DNA of 63,378 bases, filler included. It is 8 parts of 8 records of this genome, joined end to end, with 100 filler letters (N's around TTAATTAATTAA, not from the genome) between each part and the next. Parts side by side here need not be neighbours in the genome. Positions count along the whole stretch, not along the records: positions 43,352 to 49,091 come from SRR31156797_32131; positions 49,192 to 56,886 come from SRR31156797_32138; positions 56,987 to 63,378 come from SRR31156797_32155; 5 more parts are not named here. One strand, written 5' to 3'. The notes under the pieces were generated by a model. It was given only the letters and a program-made list of their open reading frames with translations. It was not told where the DNA came from and did not search any database. Of the stretch, positions 47,759 to 57,051 are shown one piece after another (the stretch's first letter is position 1; the number at the start of each line of letters is the position of its first letter). Position numbers and translations under genes: made by a program.

Positions 47759-47931
47759 GGATACTCCCCCTGATATGGAGTCTGATGCTGGTGACAATGG
47801 ATCGTCTCTAAAAATTTACCAGGAGTTATTGTGAAACGCAAGCCTGAATCGTTTCACAAGGATTGAATCCGGGCGAGGGTTCGTGGTAAAGGAAGGGCTT
47901 AAAAAAAACACTGAAATGTCCGGAGGATGGA

Positions 47932-49059
47932 GTGGATAAAACAAGGGGAGAGATCAGCCAGGAGCTTGAGCAGGGTATCCTGGCAATGCTTTACCACGAA
48001 TGGGAGCAGGTGGTATGGGGATTGAGCCTGAGGGAGCCCACCCTTGCGGCCCGGTTGAAGCGGCCGGGGATTCTCATCAGTGATATGAAGCGCACCCTGG
48101 GCCAATGGGACCCCTTTCTGGGGGAGATTACCCTGGGCCGGGAGCTTGTGCGAAACGGCCGCTGGGATTCCGTGTGCGAGGTGCTCCGCCACGAGATGGC
48201 CCACCAGCTGGCATCAACATTTGCCGATACCCGGAACGAGAAGCCCCACGGCAGTCGCTTTGTTGCGTGCTGTGCTGCCATCGGCGCCAATCCCAAAGCC
48301 TCGGGCTCTTACAAAAGCCTGGAGGAGCGGGTGTGGGGGGAGGGCGCGTCCGAGAACGACCGGATTATGCTCAAGGTCAAGAAGCTCATGGGGCTCGCCA
48401 CTTCCCGGAACCGGCACGAGGCCGAGCTGGCCGCGGCCAAGGCGGGGGAGCTCATCGCAAGGTACAACATCGAGCACATCAAATCCCATGAAAAGAGGAA
48501 CTTCGAGAGCATCATCATCACCCCCCCCTCCCTGAAACGCACCCAGGCCGAAAGCCTTGCCGCCGGCATCCTCGAGGCCCACTACTTTGTCAAACCGGTC
48601 TGGATACCCGTGTATCTCCCGGACCGGGAAAAGATGGGACGGGCCCTGGAGATCAGCGGCACCCCCACCAATGTGAGAATCGCGGATTACGTGTTCGCTT
48701 TTGTACTCAACTACGCCTTGAAGAGCTGGAAGGATTACAAGGCCGCCAACCCCTCCTGCCGGGCCCGGTCCGGATACATGACAGGGGTTGTTCTTGGGTT
48801 CAGGCAGAAGCTGGACCAGAGCCGGGAACAGCGGTGCGCACAGACGGAAGAGGGTCGTGACCGGGCGCTGGTCCCCGTCAGGGACGGGCAGCTTGCCGCC
48901 TATGTCGGCCAGCGCTATCCAAGGGTCAGGAGCACCAGCAGGGTCCATGCCAGCACCAGCAGGGAGGCCTACAGCGATGGCCTTGAAAAGGGCAAGGATC
49001 TTGTCGTGTCCAAGGCCATCGCCGAACGCGGCGGCAACAGGGGAAGGCGGCTCACCTAA
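47932..49059 (+). CDS. SprT-like metallopeptidase fused to DUF2786
   Basis: EVLRHEMAHQ (HExxH) and PHGSRF; KVKKLMGLATS.NRHEAELAAAKAGELIARYN matches the DUF2786 pattern. Confidence 0.82.
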   Translation: MDKTRGEISQELEQGILAMLYHEWEQVVWGLSLREPTLAARLKRPGILISDMKRTLGQWDPFLGEITLGRELVRNGRWDSVCEVLRHEMAHQLASTFADTRNEKPHGSRFVACCAAIGANPKASGSYKSLEERVWGEGASENDRIMLKVKKLMGLATSRNRHEAELAAAKAGELIARYNIEHIKSHEKRNFESIIITPPSLKRTQAESLAAGILEAHYFVKPVWIPVYLPDREKMGRALEISGTPTNVRIADYVFAFVLNYALKSWKDYKAANPSCRARSGYMTGVVLGFRQKLDQSREQRCAQTEEGRDRALVPVRDGQLAAYVGQRYPRVRSTSRVHASTSREAYSDGLEKGKDLVVSKAIAERGGNRGRRLT

Positions 49060-49091
49060 AGGGGGTCAGGCCTAGCTTATTAGCTTATTTG

Positions 49092-49191
49092 NNNNNNNNN
49101 NNNNNNNNNNNNNNNNNNNNNNNNNNNNNNNNNNNTTAATTAATTAANNNNNNNNNNNNNNNNNNNNNNNNNNNNNNNNNNNNNNNNNNNN
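49092..49191. other. Artificial contig spacer
   Basis: N-run with TTAATTAATTAA. Confidence 0.98.
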
Positions 49192-49192
49192 A

Positions 49193-49762
49193 GGGGCCCC
49201 TTTTGATTACAAGGGCTTGTTCCAGGTGGAATGGTTTTTCGGGTTTATTGTGTGGTGGTTTGCCTGGCTTCAAACGGCGGCCCTTACTTTTGGCGGTTGG
49301 CCCTTCTACAAGGTCGGAAAAGTGCTTCACCCAATTCTTCTGACCGTTGTGACGGGCGTAATGGGATATGTTTCCTGGAGCGGCGGGCTGGCCCTCGGAA
49401 TCGGACCGACTTTCTCTTTCGGCGCACTGGGTGCGACCGTCATCATTTGGTCTCTTTTTCAGCCGATATTCCTGGAATGGTATCCCTTCAGGAATATCAC
49501 CCAACCCTTGCGGGGAGTATACGGTTTTCTGCTCGGCATCGTGTTCGTTCCTTTGTGGATCGGCTTTCTAAAATACGGGATCCTGGTGCCGATCTTGCCT
49601 AAACTCAAGGCAACCGGCTTCCCCTTTGACGCCAACTCACTGATGGTATTTTTTGGACTGCACTGTTTTGCACCATGGTTGCTGGTCCATAACTTCTTCT
49701 GGCTTCGGGCACCCCTGGTGCCGCCGGAGCCGCCATTGGGACCCGAGGAGACAAGACCGTAG
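49193..49762 (+). CDS. Polytopic membrane protein, possible permease, 5' truncated
   Basis: Frame open from the contig edge; about five Trp/Phe-rich TM segments with an internal repeat (GWPFYKVGKVLHP / WYPFRNITQPLRG). Confidence 0.65.
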   Translation, partial: GAPFDYKGLFQVEWFFGFIVWWFAWLQTAALTFGGWPFYKVGKVLHPILLTVVTGVMGYVSWSGGLALGIGPTFSFGALGATVIIWSLFQPIFLEWYPFRNITQPLRGVYGFLLGIVFVPLWIGFLKYGILVPILPKLKATGFPFDANSLMVFFGLHCFAPWLLVHNFFWLRAPLVPPEPPLGPEETRP

Positions 49763-49900
49763 CCGGCTTCTGAGTTGGTCGGGGAGGGAGATTCTTTAAT
49801 TGCTTGTAACGGGAGGTGAAACGGCCGGTTCAAAATTGATAGGACCATCCCTTTTCATTTACCCATTTTTTAAAACCTTTTAATTTCGGAGGGACAAAAC

Positions 49901-50920
49901 ATGAAAAACGGACACAAAGTAATCGACATTCACAATCATTTTTATTCTAAGCCCTGGTTGGACTATCTGGCCACAAGAAAAGTAGACCCGTCCTTTAAAT
50001 GGGAAACTGAAACATCAGGGCGCGCCTACATCGACGGTGTCCCAACAGGTCATGTGGACAAAGCCGGTACCTTTGATATCGATGCAAGGGTCGCCGATCT
50101 TGACACTTACGGCATCGACACCCAGGTCATTTCTCACACATGTCCGGGTGTGGGTGAAGTTGACGCGGATGTGGCCGATGAGTGGGCCCCCAAACTGAAT
50201 GACCTGTTTGTGGGTTTCTGCGAGAAATACAAGGGTCGGCTGTACTTTCTGGCCACAGTCTCTGCCCAAAATGTTGACTTATCAATAGCGGAATTGGAAC
50301 GGGTCGCCAAAACCGGATACTGCAAGGGCGTGCAGGTGTTTTCCAGTATAAACGGCGAACTGATCAGTGAAGAAAAATTTCATCCGATTCTCGGAAAAGC
50401 TGCTGAGCTGGGCCTTACTGTCAAAGTACATCCCGCATTTGAATGCCTTGCTGGGGAAGCCTGTAGAAAGGCCAAATTACCCCAGCAGCTGTTCGGTTTT
50501 ACCCTGGATACCACCATGGCCGTTGTCAACCTGATCTATAAAGGCGTATTTACGAAGTATCCCAAACTCAATGTTGTCCATTCTCACCTTGGCGCCATGG
50601 CTCCTTATATGATGGGTCGCATCAACACGGCTTACAAGCGCTATTCCAAAGAATTCGATATCAATTGTGGTGGCCTGCCCTCAGAGATTTATCAAAAACA
50701 TGTCTGGGTGGATACGCTTTCCATGCATGTGCCGGCCATCAAATGTGCTGTGGAGTTCATGGGCATCGATCATATCCTGTTCGGCACCGATTATCCCCAC
50801 CGCGCTTCAGGTTCGGTGGAAGACAACATGGCCATACTGGATGATCAAGTCGGTTTTTCTCAAGAGGATAAAGAAAAATTTTATTGGAAAAACGCCACGG
50901 CTCTGTTCAACCTTGATTAA
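49901..50920 (+). CDS. Amidohydrolase-2 family enzyme (ACMSD / non-oxidative decarboxylase-like)
   Basis: IDIHNH (HxH), GIDTQVIS, VHP, FGFTLDTT, HSHLGAMAPY..GR, LFGTDYPH, NATALF. Confidence 0.85.
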   Translation: MKNGHKVIDIHNHFYSKPWLDYLATRKVDPSFKWETETSGRAYIDGVPTGHVDKAGTFDIDARVADLDTYGIDTQVISHTCPGVGEVDADVADEWAPKLNDLFVGFCEKYKGRLYFLATVSAQNVDLSIAELERVAKTGYCKGVQVFSSINGELISEEKFHPILGKAAELGLTVKVHPAFECLAGEACRKAKLPQQLFGFTLDTTMAVVNLIYKGVFTKYPKLNVVHSHLGAMAPYMMGRINTAYKRYSKEFDINCGGLPSEIYQKHVWVDTLSMHVPAIKCAVEFMGIDHILFGTDYPHRASGSVEDNMAILDDQVGFSQEDKEKFYWKNATALFNLD

Positions 50921-51060
50921 TTTCCCAAGAGCCATATAGACCTGGGGAACCAGTTCTTGAATAAACAACCGGGGCTGGTTCCCCTATGAAGCAAGTCAGC
51001 GTGCTCTGACCTTGGCGTTGGTATGGTAAGTGAAAACACATCATATGGAGGAAGAAGGAA

Positions 51061-52788
51061 ATGGGAGGAATCCACCAAGTTAGTGAACCTGATGTTACAC
51101 GATCCGTTCAATTGGATCAGGGAGACGATAAAATATTTTGGTTCAGGGATGAACTGCACAGTCCTTATCCGGTGACAGCCTTTGCAATGAGCACCATTCA
51201 GAAAGGGCACACGTGGGGCTACGCCCTTTCCGCGGAGGAAGTCCAATTGCCCCCTAGCCGGGGAGCCGCGGTCAAGAGCCACGACAATTACGTCTATCTC
51301 GGTTTTGTGGGGATCACCGACCCTGAAGAGATCGAAAAAAGAGCTCAATCATTCGGTCCGTTTATCGAAACAAGCATCGATAATTGGGATGTTTATTACG
51401 GCAACGCCATGAAAGAGGCGGAGTGTCTGACCATACCTCTGGCCAGGGCCGATCTGGGAAGCATGTCCTATTCTCAACTCGTAGAACATTTGAAAGAATG
51501 CCAGCGAGTGAACATGCGATGCTGGTATTTGCATTTTATGACCATGTACGTTGCTGATATCGTCTATATTGGCGGCGAGGAGTTCGTCAAGGGTCACGGC
51601 ATGGAAGAAAAAGATTATTCCAGGATGCTCAAGGGATTCGATACTTACGGCCTGAAAAGCGACCGGGGACAGTACCTGCTGGCCAAGTCCGCCATAGAAA
51701 AAGATGAAGTCTTGGCCTTGTTCGAAAGCGCTTCCACCCCAAGTGAAATCTTGGAGAAAATCGAGCATAGCGAGCAAGGGAAGGAGTGGAAAAAGGACCT
51801 GAACGTCTATCTCAACGAATTCGGTCATAGAAGCACAGCCGCCGTTTTGGATACTAACTTTCTCACCTGGTATGAAGACCCTACTCCAGTCATCGGTAAC
51901 GTCCAGACGCTTTTGCCCAAAATAAAGGAAGGGTATGATTTCGACGCTATGCGGGAAGAAACAATCAGGCTTCGAGAGGCTGCCATTTCAGATTTTCGGG
52001 CCAAACTGAGCGGAGAAGACCTGAAGGTGTTTGAAAAAGCGATTTCTAAATGGCAGAAAGCCTACACTTTCAATGAGGATCACTGGTTCTTTTTCGAGCA
52101 GATGAACTGGAGTAGTCTGCACTATATCGGCATGGAAATCGGCAAACGGCTGCTCTCTTTGGGAATTATTGAAGAACAGATGGACGTGTTTCACCTTACT
52201 TACTGGGAGTTGGTCGAGATTCTGCAAGATCTTGCCGAATCCGCGGACGTCGGGGCCTATGTTTATTCACTTTTATACAAGCCTTTAGCGGCATCTAGAA
52301 AAAAAGATTATGAGGCGGCTAAAGCCGAACCTGGACCTTCGTTTATTGGTCAAATACCTGAGCGGATGGATGACCCTATTGCCATCAAGGTGTTTGGCAT
52401 AACCGACTTTGTCCTGGATAAAGCCAAAAGAGAAATGGCGGGAGAAACAGTTGAATTAGGAGATACTCTCAAGGGCTTTTCCGGCGCTCCAGGCATAGTG
52501 GAAGGAGCGGCCCTCGTGGCAATGGATCACGATGATCTGCCCAATATTAAACCTGGCTCTATCGTGGTCTGTCCTTATACATCACCGGCCTGGACTCCCA
52601 TTTTTCCCAAACTGAAAGCAGTCGTCACCGATAGCGGCGGCATGCTGACCCACGCGGCAATTACTGCTCGAGAATACGGCATCCCGGCCGTGGTGGGAAC
52701 GTGGGTCGCCACGCAGCAAATTAAGACCGGTGATATCATTCGGGTAGACGGAACAGAGGGAACTGTCGAAATTCTGTCAAGGGCATGA
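51061..52788 (+). CDS. PEP-utilising enzyme, phenylphosphate synthase alpha-subunit-like (substrate domain + phospho-His swivel, no ATP-grasp)
   Basis: N-terminal WFRDELHSPYPVT, central EFGHRS..WYEDP and EDHWFF..DVFHL, C-terminal GFSGAPGIVEG..TSPAWTPIF..TDSGGMLTHAAITAREYGIPAVVG. No VRSS or FAGQ nucleotide-binding motifs. Confidence 0.78.
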   Translation: MGGIHQVSEPDVTRSVQLDQGDDKIFWFRDELHSPYPVTAFAMSTIQKGHTWGYALSAEEVQLPPSRGAAVKSHDNYVYLGFVGITDPEEIEKRAQSFGPFIETSIDNWDVYYGNAMKEAECLTIPLARADLGSMSYSQLVEHLKECQRVNMRCWYLHFMTMYVADIVYIGGEEFVKGHGMEEKDYSRMLKGFDTYGLKSDRGQYLLAKSAIEKDEVLALFESASTPSEILEKIEHSEQGKEWKKDLNVYLNEFGHRSTAAVLDTNFLTWYEDPTPVIGNVQTLLPKIKEGYDFDAMREETIRLREAAISDFRAKLSGEDLKVFEKAISKWQKAYTFNEDHWFFFEQMNWSSLHYIGMEIGKRLLSLGIIEEQMDVFHLTYWELVEILQDLAESADVGAYVYSLLYKPLAASRKKDYEAAKAEPGPSFIGQIPERMDDPIAIKVFGITDFVLDKAKREMAGETVELGDTLKGFSGAPGIVEGAALVAMDHDDLPNIKPGSIVVCPYTSPAWTPIFPKLKAVVTDSGGMLTHAAITAREYGIPAVVGTWVATQQIKTGDIIRVDGTEGTVEILSRA

Positions 52789-52944
52789 AATATTGATTGG
52801 AGAAAGCGTGCTTAGGAGCGAACGGACCGGCAAGATAAGCCAAGGGGGAATCTGTTATTCCCTGAATAAAGACTCTTCAGCTATTCGCTCCTGAGCCTTC
52901 TTTGAGTTTGGAGTAAAGCAAAAATCGAAAAAGGATAAAAAGGT

Positions 52945-53682
52945 ATGTTGAAAATAAAATGGTGCGGCATTGATTTTGGACAGTGCCTCATGGAGCCCAC
53001 CGGGCTCCGGAACCATCTGACAATCGGGGATATCTACAAAGAAATGGGAAACCCCGAAAAGATAAACGATGCCATTAAACGGTACCGACAGGTGGTCGAG
53101 GCGTACGGCGGTTACAGCCTGCTCAAGGAGTCCAACCGCGATAAAATCCATAGCTATGTTCTTGAAGGAAATGACAATGCCATGGATTTGTTCGGCCTCA
53201 AGGAGAAGGAACATCTAAGTGCCGGTGTAGGCGCAGAAGAAGCCTTGATATTCCTGAAAGAAAACGGTGTTGATGTGAACATCGTCGCCGAGCTGAAAAA
53301 AACCCTCGGGCAGATGGAGAAAAACATCATCACCCGATTCATCACCGCCAAGGGATTACGGCAATATTTCAATTTTGTCTATACACCCCAAGGCAAAGTA
53401 GACCTGAAAACAGGCGTTGTGGATGATCGTTATAAAGGCAAAACCAAACAGAGCGGCCTGATGTACGTCATGTTGGTCGAAGAGCTGGAAAAAAGGAATA
53501 TTGCTCCTTCGGAAATGATGATGGTGGGCGACAAAATCGCCACCGACATAGAACCGGCCAAGGCGGCGGGAATTATCACCGTCCAATATACGGGATACAT
53601 AGATATGGGACCTTCCGTGGCCGATTACCGCGTATCCAGCTTTCATGAACTCAGAGAGCTTATAGAGGGGATGGACAAATGA
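52945..53682 (+). CDS. HAD-superfamily hydrolase
   Basis: Motif I IDFGQCL, motif III Lys (KTK), motif IV MVGDKIATDIEPAKAAG. Confidence 0.8.
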   Translation: MLKIKWCGIDFGQCLMEPTGLRNHLTIGDIYKEMGNPEKINDAIKRYRQVVEAYGGYSLLKESNRDKIHSYVLEGNDNAMDLFGLKEKEHLSAGVGAEEALIFLKENGVDVNIVAELKKTLGQMEKNIITRFITAKGLRQYFNFVYTPQGKVDLKTGVVDDRYKGKTKQSGLMYVMLVEELEKRNIAPSEMMMVGDKIATDIEPAKAAGIITVQYTGYIDMGPSVADYRVSSFHELRELIEGMDK

Positions 53683-54032
53683 GCGGAAAGAATATTTTGG
53701 CCGTTAAGGTGACTTATAAAGACGGAACAACTTTGGAGGTGGATGCCGCGGATATTCCTGAAGTTGCTAGAAGAGCACTGGAAACCGCGGGAAATAAGGC
53801 AGCGGAGTCCGGTCTTCCGGATTCAGTTGATCGATATGTTCTTGTGGAATGGAACGATGGTTGGAAGGAGACCTATCGGCTTCCTGAGGACGTGACGGAT
53901 CTCAAGCGATATTTCGTGATTGATCGCCAGGAGTCGGTCGGTCGCCTTTTCTTTAACCGTAAAGATAATTATCCTGAATTGTTACAAATTATTAGAAAAC
54001 CTCACGAAGTAAAAAAGGCATATCTGATATGA
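53679..54032 (+). CDS. Hypothetical protein (117 aa)
   Basis: ATGA overlap with the upstream HAD stop; plausible composition; no family recognised. Confidence 0.7.
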   Translation: MSGKNILAVKVTYKDGTTLEVDAADIPEVARRALETAGNKAAESGLPDSVDRYVLVEWNDGWKETYRLPEDVTDLKRYFVIDRQESVGRLFFNRKDNYPELLQIIRKPHEVKKAYLI

Positions 54033-54310
54033 AATCATTTACATTTACATCAGCGGACAAAACAAAACTCGGCGATAAAATCGAAACCGAATATGAGGTG
54101 TTCGAAGATACTGGCGGCGCTGAGAATTTCAAAAAGGAAATTGATGCCTTCTTATCGAGTCAGGAGGGATTGGCAGCCGGTCAGATAAAGGATGATGCAC
54201 ATCTGCTCAAGGAATGCTGGGCGATCAGAGAACACTTGCGAATATTTGACGGCAAAGAAAGTGAAACAGCTATTGGGTTTATCCGGTCCATAATCGCTGG
54301 AAAATCGTGA
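54029..54310 (+). CDS. Hypothetical protein (93 aa)
   Basis: 4-nt overlap with the upstream gene; no family recognised. Confidence 0.65.
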   Translation: MKSFTFTSADKTKLGDKIETEYEVFEDTGGAENFKKEIDAFLSSQEGLAAGQIKDDAHLLKECWAIREHLRIFDGKESETAIGFIRSIIAGKS

Positions 54311-54437
54311 AAGCTGGAAGACCAGTGAGAGCGTAATGATATCTTAACCAATTGCTGTCTCAAGGTTTTCCTTGGTAATCCCGGCAAGCATTTAGAAGAG
54401 TCATATCTAAATTGTCGGGTCGGGAAAGGTGTGGTCA

Positions 54438-55226
54438 ATGAAGGAAATAAAGGGAAAAAAGGGCTTCATATGCGACATGGACGGTGTGATTTACCATGGA
54501 GATTCTTTGTTGCCGGGCGCGCGCGAGTTTGTGGAATGGCTTAAGGATGAGCAGAAGGAATATATTTTTCTGACCAACAACAGCCAAAAAACACGTCAAG
54601 AACTCAGCCAAAGACTTAAAAGGCTGGGCCTTGAGGTCGACCCGTTGCATTTTTATACAGCCGCACTGTCGACAGCTAGCTTTCTGGCCAGTCAGCAAAA
54701 GGGGGGCGACGCATTCGTCATCGGAGACGCCGGCCTTACGAACGCCCTGTACGAAGCCGGTCTGGTCATAAATGACGTTGATCCGGACTTTGTGGTCGTC
54801 GGTGAAAGCGCCTCCTATTCATATCATAAAATCACACGCGCCATTAACCTGGTTTTAGCCGGGGCCAGGCTGATCGGGACCAATCCCGACAGCTTTATGC
54901 CCTCCGGAAATGAGCGTTATCCCGGTTGCGGGGCTATGATGGCCCCCATTGAACGGGCCACCGGCAGAAAAGCCTATTTTATGGGTAAACCCAACCCACT
55001 TATGATTCGCCATGCCTTGAGATGCTTGAATTGCGAACGAGAGGATACGGTGTTTATTGGCGATTCCATGGAAACCGATATCATTGCCGGCATCAATTCC
55101 GAGGTAGAAACGGTTTTGGTTCTTACTGGAGCGACGGCCAAAGAGAACTTGCAGATGTATCCGTACAGACCGCGCTACATACTCAATGGAGTAAGCGATA
55201 TTCTTACTTTGTCGAAGGAGGAATAA
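54438..55226 (+). CDS. HAD-IIA (NagD-like) phosphatase
   Basis: CDMDGVIY, FLTNNS, IGTNPD, MGKPNP, IGDSMETDI, LVLTG. Start placed at ATG 54438. Confidence 0.92.
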   Translation: MKEIKGKKGFICDMDGVIYHGDSLLPGAREFVEWLKDEQKEYIFLTNNSQKTRQELSQRLKRLGLEVDPLHFYTAALSTASFLASQQKGGDAFVIGDAGLTNALYEAGLVINDVDPDFVVVGESASYSYHKITRAINLVLAGARLIGTNPDSFMPSGNERYPGCGAMMAPIERATGRKAYFMGKPNPLMIRHALRCLNCEREDTVFIGDSMETDIIAGINSEVETVLVLTGATAKENLQMYPYRPRYILNGVSDILTLSKEE

Positions 55227-55230
55227 AACC

Positions 55231-55767
55231 ATGAGCGAAGCCAGGGACAAATTAACGCGAAAGAAAGTCTTGATTGTCGATGACGAACAGGATGTATTGG
55301 ATACGCTGGAAGATTTGATCTCTGGATTTGAAATTATAAGGGCCGCTTCTTTTGCAGAGGCGAAGGCGGCTCTTGAATCTCAAGTCCCGGATATTGCGAT
55401 TTTGGATATCATGGGTGTCGATGGCTACGGGCTTCTGGAGATTGCCGTTGAAAAAGAGGTATTGGCGGTCATGCTGACCGCAAACGCCTTAAGTCCTGAA
55501 AATACGGCCAAATCTTTCAGAAAAGGGGCCGCCTACTTTATCCCTAAAGAGATGTTATCCGATATAAACACTCTGTTGAAGGAACTGCTGAAGGCAAAAG
55601 AAAAGGGGGAAGTCTACTGGAGTACCTGGATGGACAAATTTGAACCCTTTTATGAAAAAAGATTCGGCCCGGACTGGAAGGAAAGTGAGAAGACCTTCTG
55701 GGATACACTTGCCAAACAGGATTGGCGATTGGCGGCGGTTCTTCGGACGCAGGAGGAGAATGAGTAG
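55231..55767 (+). CDS. Response regulator (REC plus short Trp-rich C-terminal extension)
   Basis: LIVDDE, LDIMG, MLTA, FIPK. Confidence 0.88.
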   Translation: MSEARDKLTRKKVLIVDDEQDVLDTLEDLISGFEIIRAASFAEAKAALESQVPDIAILDIMGVDGYGLLEIAVEKEVLAVMLTANALSPENTAKSFRKGAAYFIPKEMLSDINTLLKELLKAKEKGEVYWSTWMDKFEPFYEKRFGPDWKESEKTFWDTLAKQDWRLAAVLRTQEENE

Positions 55768-55877
55768 ACCCGCAATTTAGTCCAAGAATATGGTCACAAG
55801 AAGACGGGCGGCAATATTTCCTCGGTTCAAAGTGCAATTTCAGAAGTATTACGGGGAGGTATCTAAATGGGGGGAGA

Positions 55878-56886
55878 ATGAAGACAAGACAATCACGTTT
55901 CGGCATGTCAGCTAGAATTTCAATCATTAGTGGTTTAACGGTCTTCATTCTGTTGCTGGCCAGTAGTATCATATTCCTCAAACTTGAAACGAACCTGGTT
56001 GAATATCTGATCGACAATCATATCGAAAGCGTTGAAACCGCCATTGATGAACAGGCCGGGAATCAAAGGGTCGATTTGAGCGTCGGCATGAAGGTGAATG
56101 CTGAGATATGCGGCGGTATCGCTTCGAGTTTTCTTTACAATTTTGATGAAGAGGGGCTCAAAAAGGCCCTTTTTCCATATATGAAACTGCCGGCCCTCAG
56201 CGCCATACAAGTGGTGGACAGTAGCAACAAGCCTTTCCTGGCCATTTGGCGTGCGCCGGAGGTTCAATCGAGCAAGAAACTTCCCAAGGATCTGAAACTG
56301 AATAAGGATCTTTCCTGGGGGGTGAAATCTGTTTTCGAAAAAGAGCCGGTGGGGGAGCTGCGCATCTTTTTTACGGATGCTCTGCTCAAAGCCAAAATAC
56401 AAAAAAGTAAGAAAAAAATGCAAAAGGAGGTCAGCGTTTTCCAGGGCGTCGCGGACAAAGGGTTTCGTGACGCGCTTGTCGGCCAGGTGGCGGTTATTTT
56501 GGGGGTGGTTCTGACACTGGTCCTCACCATCAGTTTGAGTCTGCGAGTTATCGCCAGCAAACCACTCAATCGCATTATTGCGGGTTTGCAGGGAGCAGCC
56601 GAGCAGGTGGGCGCCGCCTCTGAGGAAGTCTCGTCTTTCAGCCAGGAGCTGGCCAGGGGGGCTTCGGAACAGGCGGCAGTCATTGAGGAAACAGTGGCCA
56701 CCCTGGAGGAAATTTCCTCCTTGACCCGTCGGAACGCCACAAATGCTTCTCAGGCCAGCGAGACCATGTCAAAAGAAGCTTCGAAGAACTTAGAGAAACT
56801 CAAAAAGCATATGGAAAAAATGAAAACAGCCATTGCCTCCACCGTGGAATCCAGTCATGAAACCGCAAAGATCATCAAGACCATTG
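55878..56886 (+). CDS. Methyl-accepting chemotaxis protein, 3' truncated
   Basis: Two TMs, then SQELARGASEQAAVIEETVATLEEISS and SSHETAKIIKTI (start of the signalling hairpin). Confidence 0.9.
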
Positions 56887-56986
56887 NNNNNNNNNNNNNN
56901 NNNNNNNNNNNNNNNNNNNNNNNNNNNNNNTTAATTAATTAANNNNNNNNNNNNNNNNNNNNNNNNNNNNNNNNNNNNNNNNNNNN
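56887..56986. other. Artificial contig spacer
   Basis: N-run with TTAATTAATTAA. Confidence 0.98.
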
Positions 56987-57051
56987 ACTTTGTAAACGCA
57001 AAAAGGTTACACTCTTCGCATTTTCTGATTCCAGGAATGCAAATGGGGCGA

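Noticed and set aside
46406-48948. Antisense ORFs of about 240 aa opposite the dikinase-like and SprT genes
   Set aside because: Same shadow-ORF artefact.
45251-52788. Idea that the contig 6 ATP-grasp protein supplies the missing beta subunit for the contig 7 PpsA-like protein
   Set aside because: They are on different contigs, possibly different organisms, and the contig 6 protein has its own His swivel.
52810-52896. Possible tRNA
   Set aside because: No TTCRA T-loop, no D-loop pattern in the expected position and no CCA; kept only as a structured-element finding.
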